In this document: in pieces, positions 30,690 to 62,807 of the stretch
Position numbering within the stretch: the first letter of the stretch is position 1
Layout: each line of letters opens with the position of its first letter
NCBI GenBank assembly: GCA_963693365.1
Contig: CAVNZM010000011.1
Location: 6,901,921 to 6,965,920, forward strand
Source of the DNA: Amoebidium appalachense
Taxonomy: Eukaryota; Protista; Ichthyosporea
Reading direction: 5' to 3'
DNA length: 64,000 bases
Program-made: the position numbers and the translations under genes
The notes under the pieces: model-generated
The model's input: only the letters and a program-made list of their open reading frames with translations
What the model was told of the DNA's origin: nothing
Databases searched by the model: none

Positions 30690-31320
30690 CCCCCAAGTTA
30701 TGTTTGTATGCCATCATCTTCAATACAGTGAGGCATAAAGGCGTTCCAAATACTCCATATATGTCGCTTGTTAAAGCATACATAATTTTTTTTGGTGGTT
30801 TCTGCACACGTACAGGGTAATGTGTATATGTATCCATTGTTATTTTGGATAGTATTCAGTCACCGTACGGCGGCGGCCTATTAGACAGAACCATCATTAT
30901 CCCAACATGCTACACTTTTATATTCTCCGGATCCAAGATTAACATTCTTAAAAGAGCTATTTTTTTTTTTTGAATTAATAAAGCTTAAGTTACGACTGTT
31001 TCCCCACTCGCCTTGCCCATGTAAGCTAAGGGGGTTAACTTGAAAAGCAAGAAATTTACATCGATATATCATTATTATTTTTTCCCTGCACTCCTACATG
31101 CTACCTTGTTCCGGCCACACAACGTCTTTGTGGCCTCTCTTGACACAATGCTACAACTGCACCCAACTGCACCAATGAAAAGTTACGGTTCAAACCGGAA
31201 ACATATATGACCTATGTATATTCCTACTATTTATAGTTATATAAAAACTTTTTTAATTGGTGGTTTCTGCAAAGGTATGTGGGTATACTTATACTGTAAT
31301 TAGCCCGCTGCTGTATGATG

Positions 31321-31374
<54 letters not shown>

Positions 31375-32118
31375 TGGTCGACACCATAACAGTGCCCGGC
31401 GCCATTTTCTACATCCGCCACAGCTGTATTGTTTGTTCATTTCTTCAACATGAATAAAATCTTTCATGATGTATTTTTTAATAACATTTTTTCTAACAAT
31501 ATTGCGTCTACTAAAGATTTTTCTATCTCAACCAATAAAATTTTGGAATCGATTTTGTCGCTCCAGTGTCATCAAATACGGATATTACTGTGACTTTTTA
31601 TTTGTTATATAACACTTATTTTTTTGGCCTGCAAAAACTTCCCGCCAAAATTTCTGTATTTGACTAATCGTGTGATTGCCTGAAAATTATTGGTCCATAC
31701 ATAATTTTTTCGATTTTGCGATATGTGTCTTACCACCCCATCGCCCATGTCCACACACACCGTGCAATGACAATACATTATCCCCTTCCCTTCCCTGCCC
31801 CCCCGTATTGCCAAACAGCCAGGGCCTTGCGAAATTCAGCAAGATAACCCCCGTCCCCCCTTCCCCCCCCCCCCCCCCCCCCCACCCACCCATCCACCCC
31901 TTCCCCTCCTCCTCCCTCTCTCTGCCAGCCCACCCAGCCCACTGATCCGTACCTGCCCCTCCCCCCGCCCCCTCCCCCTTTAACCCTCCAACCCCCTCCC
32001 CCTTCTTCCGACCCCCCCCCCCCCCCCCCCCCCCCCGGGCCCCACTACCCTGTCTCTTGCTCCCCTCTCACCCAACACACACACACACACAGTGTACACA
32101 CACACAAACACACACACA

Positions 32119-32216
<98 letters not shown>

Positions 32217-32295
32217 CTAGGATTAGCACCGCCCCCCCCCCCCCCCCCCCCCCACCCCCCCCTTCCCCTCCCCCCCTCCCCTTCCCTCCCTTCAG

Positions 32296-33306
32296 CCTCC
32301 AATGTGAGAGTTTTAACCTCGACCGTCACCCTTCTCCCAATGGGGCGAGGTTTACAAACAGGGCAGTCTCGCACGTACTTGCAACGTATTGGATGGAGTG
32401 TAAATCACGTGATCTCCCCATATATGCGTATAGCTGACACCATATATGGAAAACCCCTTAATCCTGTTGGATGGGGGCAGGACCGAGGAGAGTTCGCGCC
32501 CTTAATTCCAGAGCTAATTAAAAGCGGTTTATTGCAAAAGTCCCTGTTCTTTTTCTTCAAGATATCATACTTGAATGCCCTCTTACTCCACGGTTTTTTC
32601 CCCCATTTTTCTCCTTTTCTTTTCAAAAAGCAAATCCGACGTGTATTTGGCACCTTTCCCTTTATTGTAGCTTAGGCCCATGAGGCCGGGGGGGGGGGGG
32701 GGGGGGGCAATAGAGAGCTCGTGCTGTGTGTGTGTGTGTATGTGTGTATATATGTGTGTGTGTGTATGTGTGTGTGTGTGTGTGTGTGTGCGGGCGCGCC
32801 CGCACGCGCGTTTGTGTGTGCAGCGTCTGTGTGTGTGTGTGTGTGTGTATGTGTGTGTGTCTGTGTGTGTGTGTGTGTGCATGTGTGTTTGAGAGCCGTG
32901 TATGTGTGCATGTATGGGTTGCTATGTTCAGATCTGTGTGTGTGTGTGTGTGTGTGTGTAGGGATCGAATGTATGATTATGCCAAAGTTATATTCACCTC
33001 AACAGGTACAATTGTCAGTCACAGCACTAGTTTTGCAGTGTAAGTGTTACTCAATTAGCATCAGATACCGGAAAAGAAAGTCCTGCCTCCCCCCCCCCTC
33101 CCCTCTCCCCTCCCCCATCTCTCTCTGTCTCTTCCCACTCCTCCCCGCCCCTCTCCCCACTCTCCCAAAAACACACCCGCGCACACCGTCACACACCCAC
33201 CCACATGTACTCACAAACCCAGACACATACACATACGCCCACACCCATCCACCCACCCACACACCCACACACACACACACACACACACATACATACACAC
33301 ACACAC

Positions 33307-33390
<84 letters not shown>

Positions 33391-33476
33391 GCACGCACAC
33401 GTTAACCGATTCCCGGTACTTACTGCTTCCATCCATTCCTCCCCCCCCTCAACCCCCCCCCCTCCCCTCAACCCCC

Positions 33477-33508
<32 letters not shown>

Positions 33509-33944
33509 CCGCCGCCCCTAGCCGCACGAAAAATTGAAGGAAAAAAAAAAAAAAAAAAAAAAAAGCTTAAGGATGCACTAATCAGAGGCCACAATAAGTC
33601 AGTCTCTACTGACCAGGCCAACCGTCCAATCATCATCCACCATTATATATTTTAAATTAATCACTAGCCAATCGACATCCACCAAAATATCGGCCAGCCA
33701 ATCACTGCCTACCACCACAACTGCTACAAACCCACACTATTACAGAATCCCATCAATCATCGATGCCCAGAGGATGGGGGGGGGGGGGGACGCCTTTCGG
33801 CTCTTGATGCATAATGCATTATTATTCCAGAGTTTATTTTTTCGGATAGAACGGGAAGAGGGGGGGGGGGGGGGGGGTTCTTGGGAGTAGGAAGATGCAC
33901 GGAGAAGTGGGGCGCAAGGGCGGGTGGGCGAATGGGCGGGTGAG

Positions 33945-33985
<41 letters not shown>

Positions 33986-34334
33986 TAAAGTGACGTCATA
34001 GGGAAGCTTTGAAGGGAGAAGGGGGTTGGCAAGCGAAACAAAGATGATACCGCAATCACCCCCCCCCCCCCCCCCTTTCCCCAGGAAAAGTACCAGCTCA
34101 ACCAGACGAAAGGGTTTGGGGGGAGGGGTCCATCTCGGGGTGGGGAGGGGGGGGGGGGGGGGATGGGGGGGGGGGGGGGGTGGCAAACCAGCCCTCCCGC
34201 CCCTCCCCCCCCCCCCCCCCCCCCCCCTCGGGGCCCCTCCCCTCCCTCCCCCCCTCTCTCTCCCACCCACCCACACAAGCAGCCACACACACACACACAC
34301 ACACACACACCGTGACACACACACACACACGCAC

Positions 34335-34381
<47 letters not shown>

Positions 34382-34386
34382 CGCAC

Positions 34387-34443
<57 letters not shown>

Positions 34444-34448
34444 CGCAC

Positions 34449-34520
<72 letters not shown>

Positions 34521-34650
34521 CTCAACTCACCGTAGTACAGTTTCACGCTCTACAACTTTCTTCACCGGGTCCCCCTCTTTTGACCATGGACCTTCTCATT
34601 CGGCGACGAATCAACAAAAGCCATAAATGGAAATATCACCGCACTCGGTA
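32296..34650 (+). other. Unresolved, possibly spliced or decayed locus
   Basis: Exon-like unique segments bounded by AG/GT at 32296-32399 and 33006-33039 (GTAAGT donor) join in phase as LQCESFNLDRHPSPNGARFTNRAVSHVLATYWMECTIVSHSTSFAV. Further acceptor-like sites at 33745 and 34520. No start, stop or family established. Confidence 0.25.
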
Positions 34651-35023
34651 CGCTGTGGACGACTTTAGAGTCAGGAAAGACAGGAACGAATTTTTGATAA
34701 AATTATCTTTGCACATGGATTCAAACCCTCAAGGGGGAAATTTCGCCTGTTTCAAAAAATTGCCTGTTTTAAAAATTGCTTGTTTAAAATTGCCTGTTTT
34801 CCAGAGTCACTACGGTGAGTCTGTGCATGTGTACATCACAGTGTGCGTGCCACGGGTTAAGGTACAAATTCCGTGGCAGAGTGGTGCATGCTTTATGATT
34901 ATCCTTTCCTTTCCCCCCCCACCTCCCCCCCACCTCCTCCCCCCCCTCCCGTTTCTCTTTTTTTTTTTTCTCTTTGTGGGGCTGGAATGAGGTGTGTGGG
35001 TTTGTGCTTGTGTGTGTTGGGAA

Positions 35024-35101
<78 letters not shown>

Positions 35102-35143
35102 AGAAAAGGGGTGGGGGTGGGGGGGGGGGGGGGGGGGGGACAG

Positions 35144-35330
<187 letters not shown>

Positions 35331-35970
35331 GAGAGAGAGAGAGAGAGAGGGAGGGAGGGAGGGAGAGAGGGAGAGAGGATGGGGGGCCGTTGAAGGAAGA
35401 AAGGGGGGAGGGAGGGAGGGGGGGGCACATTTCCAAAATTATTTGAAATAGCGAGGGTCAGTGTCTATCTGCTAAATCCGTGGCACCACCTTGTAAAAAG
35501 CACTGTGTTTTTTTGCAATGGTTTTATTGAAATACGCATTAAGTATATAAAAGCTGAGACGCAGATGTCCGATTAATTTTTTCTCAATTAGCAATAAGAA
35601 AACAAGAAGTTCGCTGTTGACCACACGGCAAATGACGACCTATAAACGAGACAAGGAGTTATATACAAGCGTATGATACAGCCGTACTACTAGTAGATCA
35701 CGGTACAATCTGAACCAATAAGAAGGGTGAGACAGTTGCTAAGGGGTGAGAAATATAAATAAGTGCATTAACATACTCGATGCACAAAAAAAAAAAAAAA
35801 AAAAAAACGTACTAAATTTCGATAGTTCTTAAAGCACACCCGGGATATTCTAAGTTAACGTCACAGAGGCCTTAAATACCGGGTCCCGTAACTGTCTGCA
35901 ATGACAATAAAAAGGAAAAACCCGATTCTGACAGAGGCTTAGATATGAAAAGTTAAGGCAAGTAGCACCG

Positions 35971-36779
35971 TTAATTGTAGCTCTCGGCATATCCCCCGTC
36001 ATATCCAAAGTTCACATTATTAACCCTAGCACGTGGGCGAGCCACATCAACAACAACAACCGTCTTTCCATGAGCGACGGAATCGTAATCCGCAACGTGT
36101 CTCGGCCCAGCGGGTAAAGTCGACGGCTCGACAGAAACCAAATATCGGCCGGGGAGAATCGCGGGGACATCGTAAAGACCGATAGCATCCGTCTTGACCG
36201 TCGCCACCACCTGGTTGGTGACTGAGTCCTTAACCATAAAAGTGATGCCCTGTAGCCCCTCCGGAACCTTGATTGGTGTGTACTGAAGATCACCATTGTA
36301 ATCGCGGTAAACGTAACCACGAATCCAACAACTTGCGCCGCCGGCCGCGGAAGGAGTAGGGGTGGGAACTGGGACGGGGGCCGGGGTGGGCGCGGGAGTA
36401 GGTGCGGGGGTGGGTGGGGGTGTAGGAGGGATGGGGCTTGGCGTAGGCACGGGCACGGGATTTCCGTAGGCATAACCGAAGTCTGCATCCGCTTGTGGGG
36501 ATGTGCGTGTCAACGTGACGAGCGTGTGTGATGGTCGACTGAGACGCGTGTCATGTCGGGATCGGCCGTCTGAACCAAACCCTCACTGACAGGCAGCGTA
36601 CGTGCACTGACCACAACGTAACAGCGCCCGAGAGGGAGGGAAGGGAACGAATTGGTGATTGCGGTCTGGAAGGGACGACGTGTGTTTGACGTTTTGTAAA
36701 GGAGCACGCTCACTTTTGCAATCCCGTCGCCCGATGCCACATCCCCTGCAGCTGGCTGAGGTTCCCCCTCGAGATCCGA
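35971..36779 (-). CDS. Tandem SdrD B-like (Cna-B type) domain protein with Pro/Thr linker; 5' part not found, possibly a pseudogene
   Basis: Domain 1: [12 protein letters not shown]...[25 protein letters not shown]...DADFGY. Linker: [14 protein letters not shown]. Domain 2: [12 protein letters not shown]...[39 protein letters not shown]...VNFGY. An extra CA dinucleotide near 36522-36531 separates the two frames; domain 1 lacks the usual GxY segment. Putative acceptor after a (CT)n tract at 36780. Confidence 0.75.
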
Positions 36780-36781
36780 CT

Positions 36782-36831
<50 letters not shown>

Positions 36832-36832
36832 T

Positions 36833-36964
<132 letters not shown>

Positions 36965-37371
36965 CGGGGGGGGGGGGGGGGGGGGGGGGAGAGAGAGAGA
37001 GTGTGTGTGTGTGTGTGTGTGCCTCCTCACACCAACCCCCCCCCCCCCCCCCCCCCCCCGTCCCTCTCCATCCCTCCATCCCTGCCTCCTCCCATGGGAC
37101 CTTTTTCTGACAGGCACCAGTGGTGCGCCGGTGTACTGCAAAAACCTCGCTAATTAATTGCCAGTCAGGCACGAAAAACTATCTGAAATGCTACTTAAAA
37201 AGGGTCTATGTATCGAATTTTTTCTCTCATACCAAACATTCCTTCCACCAGCAACACTAACTAAACAAAATAGCGGCCAGCATACACTCTGTCAGTGTGC
37301 GATTTTGCGTGCCATATGCATCGGGCACATTGTTGTTTTTTTATTTTATCCCGTTTTGTTCCTGGAGGTAC

Positions 37372-37527
37372 CCCTAGGGGCTCAGGGGGAACTACCGTCT
37401 TCCACCCAGCACCGACAGTACTCTGGCTAGGGTGCTACGATGCTAGTAGCTAAACTAACACGCCTATAACAGTCCTAACTTTATGTACACACTTTGCCCG
37501 GGGTATCACCCCAGCCACGCCGGTGGG
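37372..37527 (-). mobile_element. ~150-bp interspersed repeat, copy 2 (inverted relative to 13389-13542)
   Basis: GGGGAACTACCGTCTTCCACCCAGCACCGACAGTACTCTGGCTAGGGTGCT...ACTTTGCCCGGGGTATCACCCCAGCCACGCCGGTGGG. Confidence 0.75.
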
Positions 37528-37929
37528 GGCACATTGTTGGAACGTTTAGAATTCTCACGTGAAGGATGACGTTGGTAGTAATGCCCGGCACATACCCTAG
37601 CTAGTCACGGTCATGTGATACGACATAGCAACAGTGTGTCAGTGGGCACGGCGAGTCATGCGTCTACGTTCAATCCCCCGCCTCCCTCGCCGCTGAGTCC
37701 CCCCCCCCCCCCCCCCCTCCCCCTCCCACCACCACAAGAAAGGAAAAAAAAAGAGGTTTGATAATCATGCAAATTGAACTAACTAAACTAACACAAAGAA
37801 AAAAGTGTAGTAAAGACACTGTGAACGAAATACCACCCAGCACCCGAGCATCCCAGACGGAAGAAGAAGTTCCTACTACCGGTACCATAGTGCATGGGGT
37901 GTCCAAGGGTGGAGGGGAAGGGGGGGTGG

Positions 37930-38104
<175 letters not shown>

Positions 38105-38845
38105 TTGTGGATGTGTGCGCGCGCGTGTGTGCACAGCTAGGTGTATATGTGTCCGTGACGGTGTATGTGTGAGTGCGTGCGGGTCACGGTTTGCGTGTGT
38201 GTGTGCGTATGTGTGCGTGTCCGGCTTTGGGGAGGGGGGGGATTTACACGGTATGCAGTTACAGTTCAATTTTCCTACTGTATTTGCCGCATGATAGCTA
38301 CATACCGTATTTAGTTAAATTAAAATTAGTTAAATTAAACGATACGGTGTGACAGTGACAGTCTGCCACGGTATCCGCAGCATGAATACGAGCGCGACCC
38401 AGCCTCGATCTCTAGGCCAGCCGATCTGTACATATGTCCGACATATGAGTCTGCCCTTAATAGTAGGTAGTAAACGTAGCTAGCCAGTAGAGCCCCCCCC
38501 CCCCCCCCCCCCCCCCAGCATCCCCCTCACCCCCTCCGAGGGGCTCTTCCTCCGGCCGGGGCCCTCCCGGCATCCCTCCCTCTCTCCCCCCCCTCTCCCC
38601 TTCCGGCCGCGGCCACCATGACGGCCGGCTGGCCGGCCGGTGGCCGGGGCCAAGTTATCATGATCATCGCTTGAATCACGGGAGGAGGGAAAAGCCCGGG
38701 ATTCAATGATTCAAATGATTGCGGGTACACCTAGAGCACTGAGGGGTTCGTAGGCCTAGTTAAGCTCGGTCCGTGCCGGAGGTAGCCGTTGGCCCCTGCG
38801 GTGCCACTGGTTGGTGATGGTGGCCAGTGTGTGTGTGTTTGGGCC

Positions 38846-38886
<41 letters not shown>

Positions 38887-40080
38887 CGGCGGGCGGGTGT
38901 GGGGGGTGGGGGGGAGGGGGAACTTCGGTGGGGCCGGGGGGGGGGGGGGGGAGGGGGGGGCGCCCCGGGGGGGGGGGGAGGGGGGGAGGGGGGGGGGGGG
39001 GGGGAAATGCAGAGGCCCTGATGCACGCAGGGTACTACTCCCCTGTGCCGGCCATCATCCCCTTCGTTTTGGAATGGTTAAGGTGATTCGGGGGTGGGTG
39101 GGTGTGAAAACGTGTGCCCACTGCCACCTGCATGCAGCTGAGCAAATTCTGGGAGGGGTGATTGCGCAAATCCGGCGCGGCGCACGCGTACCATCGTGAT
39201 TGGCTAATAGATCTGTAGTTCGATCCTATTGGTTTCTGGTCATTTCACATTCTTGCCCTGTTACTAAAACCCTTGCACTCAGGGTGAGTAATCTTGTTCT
39301 CTAGAAATGATATTTGAACGCTATTTGAACGTGAAAGGAGAAATTGTCGTTTCCCATATGGTACACGCAAGACATCCGGGTTTAAAGTGGTATGCTTCCC
39401 TGCAGACCAAAGCAACGCACCCATAATAAAAAATGCGAATTGTTTCAAAATAGCACCCATTCGACTGCTACTGCACATGTTATCAACTTGAAGCATGAAC
39501 AATGGGAAATTGCCCCCCCCAAATCCGGATATTTGATTGATTTTCATACCCTGGAGGTCCCGAATCCCGACGTGATTGATGATCATCGCAGCATTTCTGC
39601 ACAGTTCTCTGAACATGTGTTTGAAACGAAGAACTTCAAAGTAACTCCTGTAATTCACTCAATCTAAGGCTTGAAAAGAGAGAGTTAAATCGGTATAAAT
39701 GGTTGCTGTTTGTCTCAGTATCGCAAGAAGAAGAGTGTTTACAGAGTTCAAACTGGTTGTTGCGGTGCGGAGATTCTTGAAAACGGCATTCGATGTATAG
39801 CCCGTCGATGCCACGGTGGTCTTTTTTATTCGCCTTTCACATCTCCTTTCACAGGGCTTGGCAGGGAGACAGCCTAATTTCGGTTGGTTTTCCAACACTT
39901 TTTTAAAATTCATATGAACTCAGTAGTTACTACCAACATTTCGGCTTTTGGTCAACAAGAAACATTTCATTTCATCTCTCTCGTTCCAAACAGTCTTCAT
40001 TCAGATCTCCCTTGATCTTCCCCCTTCTCGTTCGGAACAGCACGAAGTGTGTAGAGCGTTTGACACGCGCACCGTTGAAG

Positions 40081-58286
<18,206 letters not shown>

Positions 58287-58862
58287 AAATTTAATGTATT
58301 TTTAAAATTTAATAAATTGATACATTTTTTAACTTCTAACAGGATTTGAAGGTATCAAACGATAAACCATAAAGGGTTTTTTTTTTTTCTTTTGATGATG
58401 ATTCTTTTGATGTGATGAGTTTGAAGAGATAGGGGATATGGAGAGTGACGGAACGTACAGGTTCCACGTTGAATCTTTTTTTTTTTTTTTTGGAGGGGGT
58501 GGGTGTTGGGGGGGGGGGGGGGGGGGGGGGGGGGTAGATCTGGTGGTTGTGGTTTGTAGAACATGGGCTATTCTTCCACTCCTGCATGTTGTAATTTTGC
58601 ATTTAAGAAAAAAAAGGAGTTGTGGTTTTTGACAGGGATGAGTTTGGATATTTGTATAGACTTAGTGAAAGGCATTGGGAAGACAACCAGTGTTGGGTTC
58701 TGGGTATACGAATGGGTCTCCCATGGGAAGCAGAAATCGTATAATACATTTTTTTTTTTGTATTGTTTTGTTTGCTTTGTTTTGCTTTGCTTTGCTCTAC
58801 TTTTTTATTTTACTTCATTTTGCTTTCGTTTTTATTTTTTTATTTATTTATTTTTTTTTTTT

Positions 58863-58894
<32 letters not shown>

Positions 58895-59023
58895 TTAGAT
58901 GTGTTGGGCACCGTAGTTGTAGCACGAAAGTTGCATATGAAGACATGAACACAATGCATTTTCAGATTTATAGCTCTCTTCTTCTCTAAGCACACACACC
59001 GTGGCACACACACTGAGTGTACA

Positions 59024-59076
<53 letters not shown>

Positions 59077-60012
59077 CAACGTAAGTGTGGGAATGAATGT
59101 ACACACAGAGTATCTCACTGTAGGGAAAATGTCGAATAGTTCAGGCTCTTGATGACAAGAATGTTTTTGCATGTACTTTCCTTGCAAATTTTCCATTTGT
59201 TATAACTTTTAACAATTGTTTTGATTGGCACAGGTTTATAAATTTTCGTAGGTCTATGACAATTGTCAGGTGGATAATGATTTTTCGATAGTGAAATTTC
59301 ACCTAAATCATAAATTTCAAGTAGATAGTTGTAGACGGTATACGTACACGAGGTGCAGGCCACTGGGATAAATTGGATAATTCTGGGGGGATATACCCCA
59401 GATAAATAAAATGATGCCGTCAACTGGCTTGGGGCAACCGCAGTCAAAAGGATCGATCGCGATCTTCCCACTCTTTTCCTCCTGGTACGTGTGCGCATGC
59501 ATATGCAACACAGTCATGCACACACGTGCTCAGTCAAGCCATGTCGGGCTCCCGATCACATCAAAACCATATGTGATCGTTGAACAAGCAGTATGATTCC
59601 TCAAAAATAGCAGTTAACTATCCAATAAGATCGCCACTCCGGGCTCATCAGATAAAATGCAACCAATCAAGATTCGCATTTGCACATTCCTATTCTCTTA
59701 AATTTTAACAACGCACATGGCCATCGCGACCAGGCACAAAACACGACACGTGTTTCGTAAACGACCGTGCGCGCTGCATCCACACTCCACCACATTTACG
59801 CACAAGGGGCGGCATGCACACCTCCGCATAGAGCCAAACGCTGGCAACATGGCCGTGTTTGAGCCGTTGCCGTAGGACTAGTACAACACGAGTTATTAGT
59901 TTTGCGACATGGGCACTTTGTGAGGAAAAACGAAACTTACTAAAACGTCAAAAACTCTAGAAAAACATAAGAACATCAATAGGCCGCACGAACTTCATGC
60001 TGCCTTCTTCAA

Positions 60013-60505
60013 CCATGACGAGCAGCACCAACACCCTGCTTGTCTAGTGTCCTCTACCATGCCGAGCAGCACCAACACCCTGCTCTAGTGTCTTCTACCA
60101 TGCCGAGCAGCACCAACACCCTGCTCTAGTGTCTCCTACCCTGCCGAGCAGCACCAACACCCTGTTCTAGTGTCTTCTACCATGCCGAGCAGCACCAACA
60201 CCCTGCGCTAGTGTCTTCTACCATGCCGAGCAGCACCAACACCCTGCTCTAGTGTCTTCTACCATGCCGAGCAGCACCAACACCCTGCTCTACCTTCTTC
60301 CACCATGACGAGCAGCACCAACACCCTGCTTGTCTAGTGTCCTCTACCATGCCGAGCAGCACCAACACCCTGCTCTAGTGTCTTCTACCATGCCGAGCAG
60401 CACCAACACCCTGCTCTAGTCTTCTACCATGCCGAGCAGCACCAACACACTGCTCTTCTTTCTTTCTTTTCCACCATGCAGAGCAGCACGAACACGCTGC
60501 TTCGT
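60013..60505 (+). repeat. 41-bp minisatellite, ~12 units, with higher-order structure
   Basis: Unit CCATGCCGAGCAGCACCAACACCCTGCTCTAGTGTCTTCTA; a 44-bp variant (CCATGACG...CTTGTCTAG) occurs at 60013 and 60303. Confidence 0.95.
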
Positions 60506-60946
60506 CTTATTGTATTGTTTCCAACTTTCCGAACATTTTTTCTTGCTTATACCCTTTTATTTTCCCCCGGGTCACTCCTGGCTAGGTGTTGGTTGAGGCG
60601 AGTTTGCTCAATCCCCACTAGCGTGACTGCGGCAACCCCGTGGGCTAAGAATTGCCAGAATATGTAGTGACAGTCGGGATTATGTATCCTGAAATATAGT
60701 TGCACTATGTAGAGAGCACATTCGTGTGTCTACTGTGGAAGACGTTAGCTCCCCTTAGGCAGTGCCTCCGGGAGTGAAACGGGATAAAATAAAATTAAAA
60801 CAAATGCACACACGTGGCATATTTACACAAGCGCGCGCGCACACACACACACAAACACACGTGCACACGCACACACACAAACACACAAGTGTAAGCACAC
60901 GACACACACGTGCGTGCACACATGTTTTCACACACACATGTTTTAA

Positions 60947-61004
<58 letters not shown>

Positions 61005-62545
61005 ACACACTAAGAAAAACATTGGGCCATGGCCACCCGGTGATGCACATCAGCTTCCATGAGACGCACATGGCACAGATAAGGGTATCTGATGTAACTT
61101 AATCAGTACACTCTATATTGGAGGGTTTTCGTTGGGGAGCCACTTCAAGTCATCCAATCCATCATGTTCGATCTAGTTTGCACGGGCCGTTCGCCCGGAG
61201 GCCAAAATCGACCAGATTTGAAAAGTAGAAATCATAAACGGCGGCCAAAGTGGACAAAAATACACCAAGCACATGTACATATGTCTTTCGTTGTGTCCCA
61301 TAAAAAAAACGGCGTGTTCCTATGTGTCCGCACTTGTTATGAACACGTGATTTGTGTCGATTTTGTCAACCGCGGCGGGGTTTCTTTTAAGACAGTTACG
61401 TAATATGAATCCCCGTAAAGATATTAGCAAATCGGATTGATGCACTTATCAGCCGATCGATTCCAGGGTTGGAATCCGTGAATCCCGGACAGCCCTTTGC
61501 CGCCAGCCTTCGAAAATTTGGGGGCCGCTCAGTGAAAATATAGACACAGTTAGGCAAAACACCCACGAGAAACAGGAAAACGTGGTCGACCCCGGTGTTT
61601 CTTGGGTTTTTTATAAAGTAGAAAACATATACTAAGTTAGGCAAAAATTCCTAGCGTCATGACTATTACGCGTCAGGCGCTATTTATTTTCGAAGCTCGC
61701 TGATGCATCTATTTTTGAAAATGATGCAAAAATGCATCGGCGAACGGCTAGGGGCTAACTCTCAATAGTAATTATAAACTGACTTTTTTGCTACTATTCC
61801 TATTTTTTATTTTTTTTATTTTGAGTTTATAAATACTATCTTTGCATCTGGTAAGCTCCCATGCAGAACCTCCTACCCAAATGCCGCACGCAAACTAAAG
61901 AAACAAACATGTTTGATAATTTGCAATTGGGATGTGATTGGTTGGAGGTTTGTTTACATTGAACAATTTCTATGGCCGGCGAATTAAATGACTGCAAAAA
62001 AAGCCGTGGACTTGCATACAGCAAACATGTAACATGATGTGCCCCTTGGATTCTGTGTGTCAGGGTCATTTGCTATTGATGGGATGCAAAAGGTTTTGGC
62101 GGTTTGTCTGTCTGTGTGTGTGTGTCGTTGGGTTGGGAGTGGAAGGCGGCTGAGGGGAGATCGGGGGGGGGGGGGGGGGGGGGGGGTCTGGGGCTGTCGT
62201 ATATAAGGCCACTCATACTCAAATTCTGCATGCAAGCCATATTTCGCAGCTTTATTTTTACGCCAGAATCTGGCCGGCCTAGTGCGGGAGACGCCGGATG
62301 GCAGATATATAAATATATCTCTGGTGAATATCCCAGACTGTATATCACACAAAAGATTATTTGCTACACGGGGACGTGTGCTTTCTCTAAGCCCAAATAG
62401 GGGCTTTTGTTAGATATATTCTTATTTTTCTATGGTTTAAACCTATCGTCTTTTGTTTACGAATAGGACAACAAACGGGAAAGGGGATCATAAAATTACA
62501 GATATACACCGCAACATCCCACGAAATACCGCTGTTTCTTATAAT

Positions 62546-62765
62546 TTACACGTCGTTATATCCAGGAATTGTCAGCGAGATATCTAGCTGTTTTCCATGT
62601 GGCTCCGTCACGTCGCAGATACCCTTAACGTCCCTGGCCTGAAGGAAGAGAGAAAAAGGAAAGAGTCAGCTTCGGGGATTTTACACACATTTTTTCTTTG
62701 TTCTTTTCTTTTTTTTTTTTTTTCTTTTTTTTTCCCCCTTTTTGCAGCGGGGTGGAGAGGGAAAA

Positions 62766-62807
<42 letters not shown>

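Noticed and set aside
34532-34653. Minus-strand exon-like segment with two in-frame TGA codons (GFC*FVAE*EGPW), suggesting a selenoprotein
   Set aside because: No recognisable selenoprotein family, no SECIS identified and no compatible neighbouring exons.
39245-39913. Overlapping 84-137 aa ORFs in microsatellite-free DNA
   Set aside because: No recognisable motifs or splice structure; more likely promoter region or a TE remnant.
60013-60505. CRISPR-like appearance of the hairpin-containing 41-bp array
   Set aside because: Units are contiguous with no unique spacers, there are no cas genes, and the context is eukaryotic.
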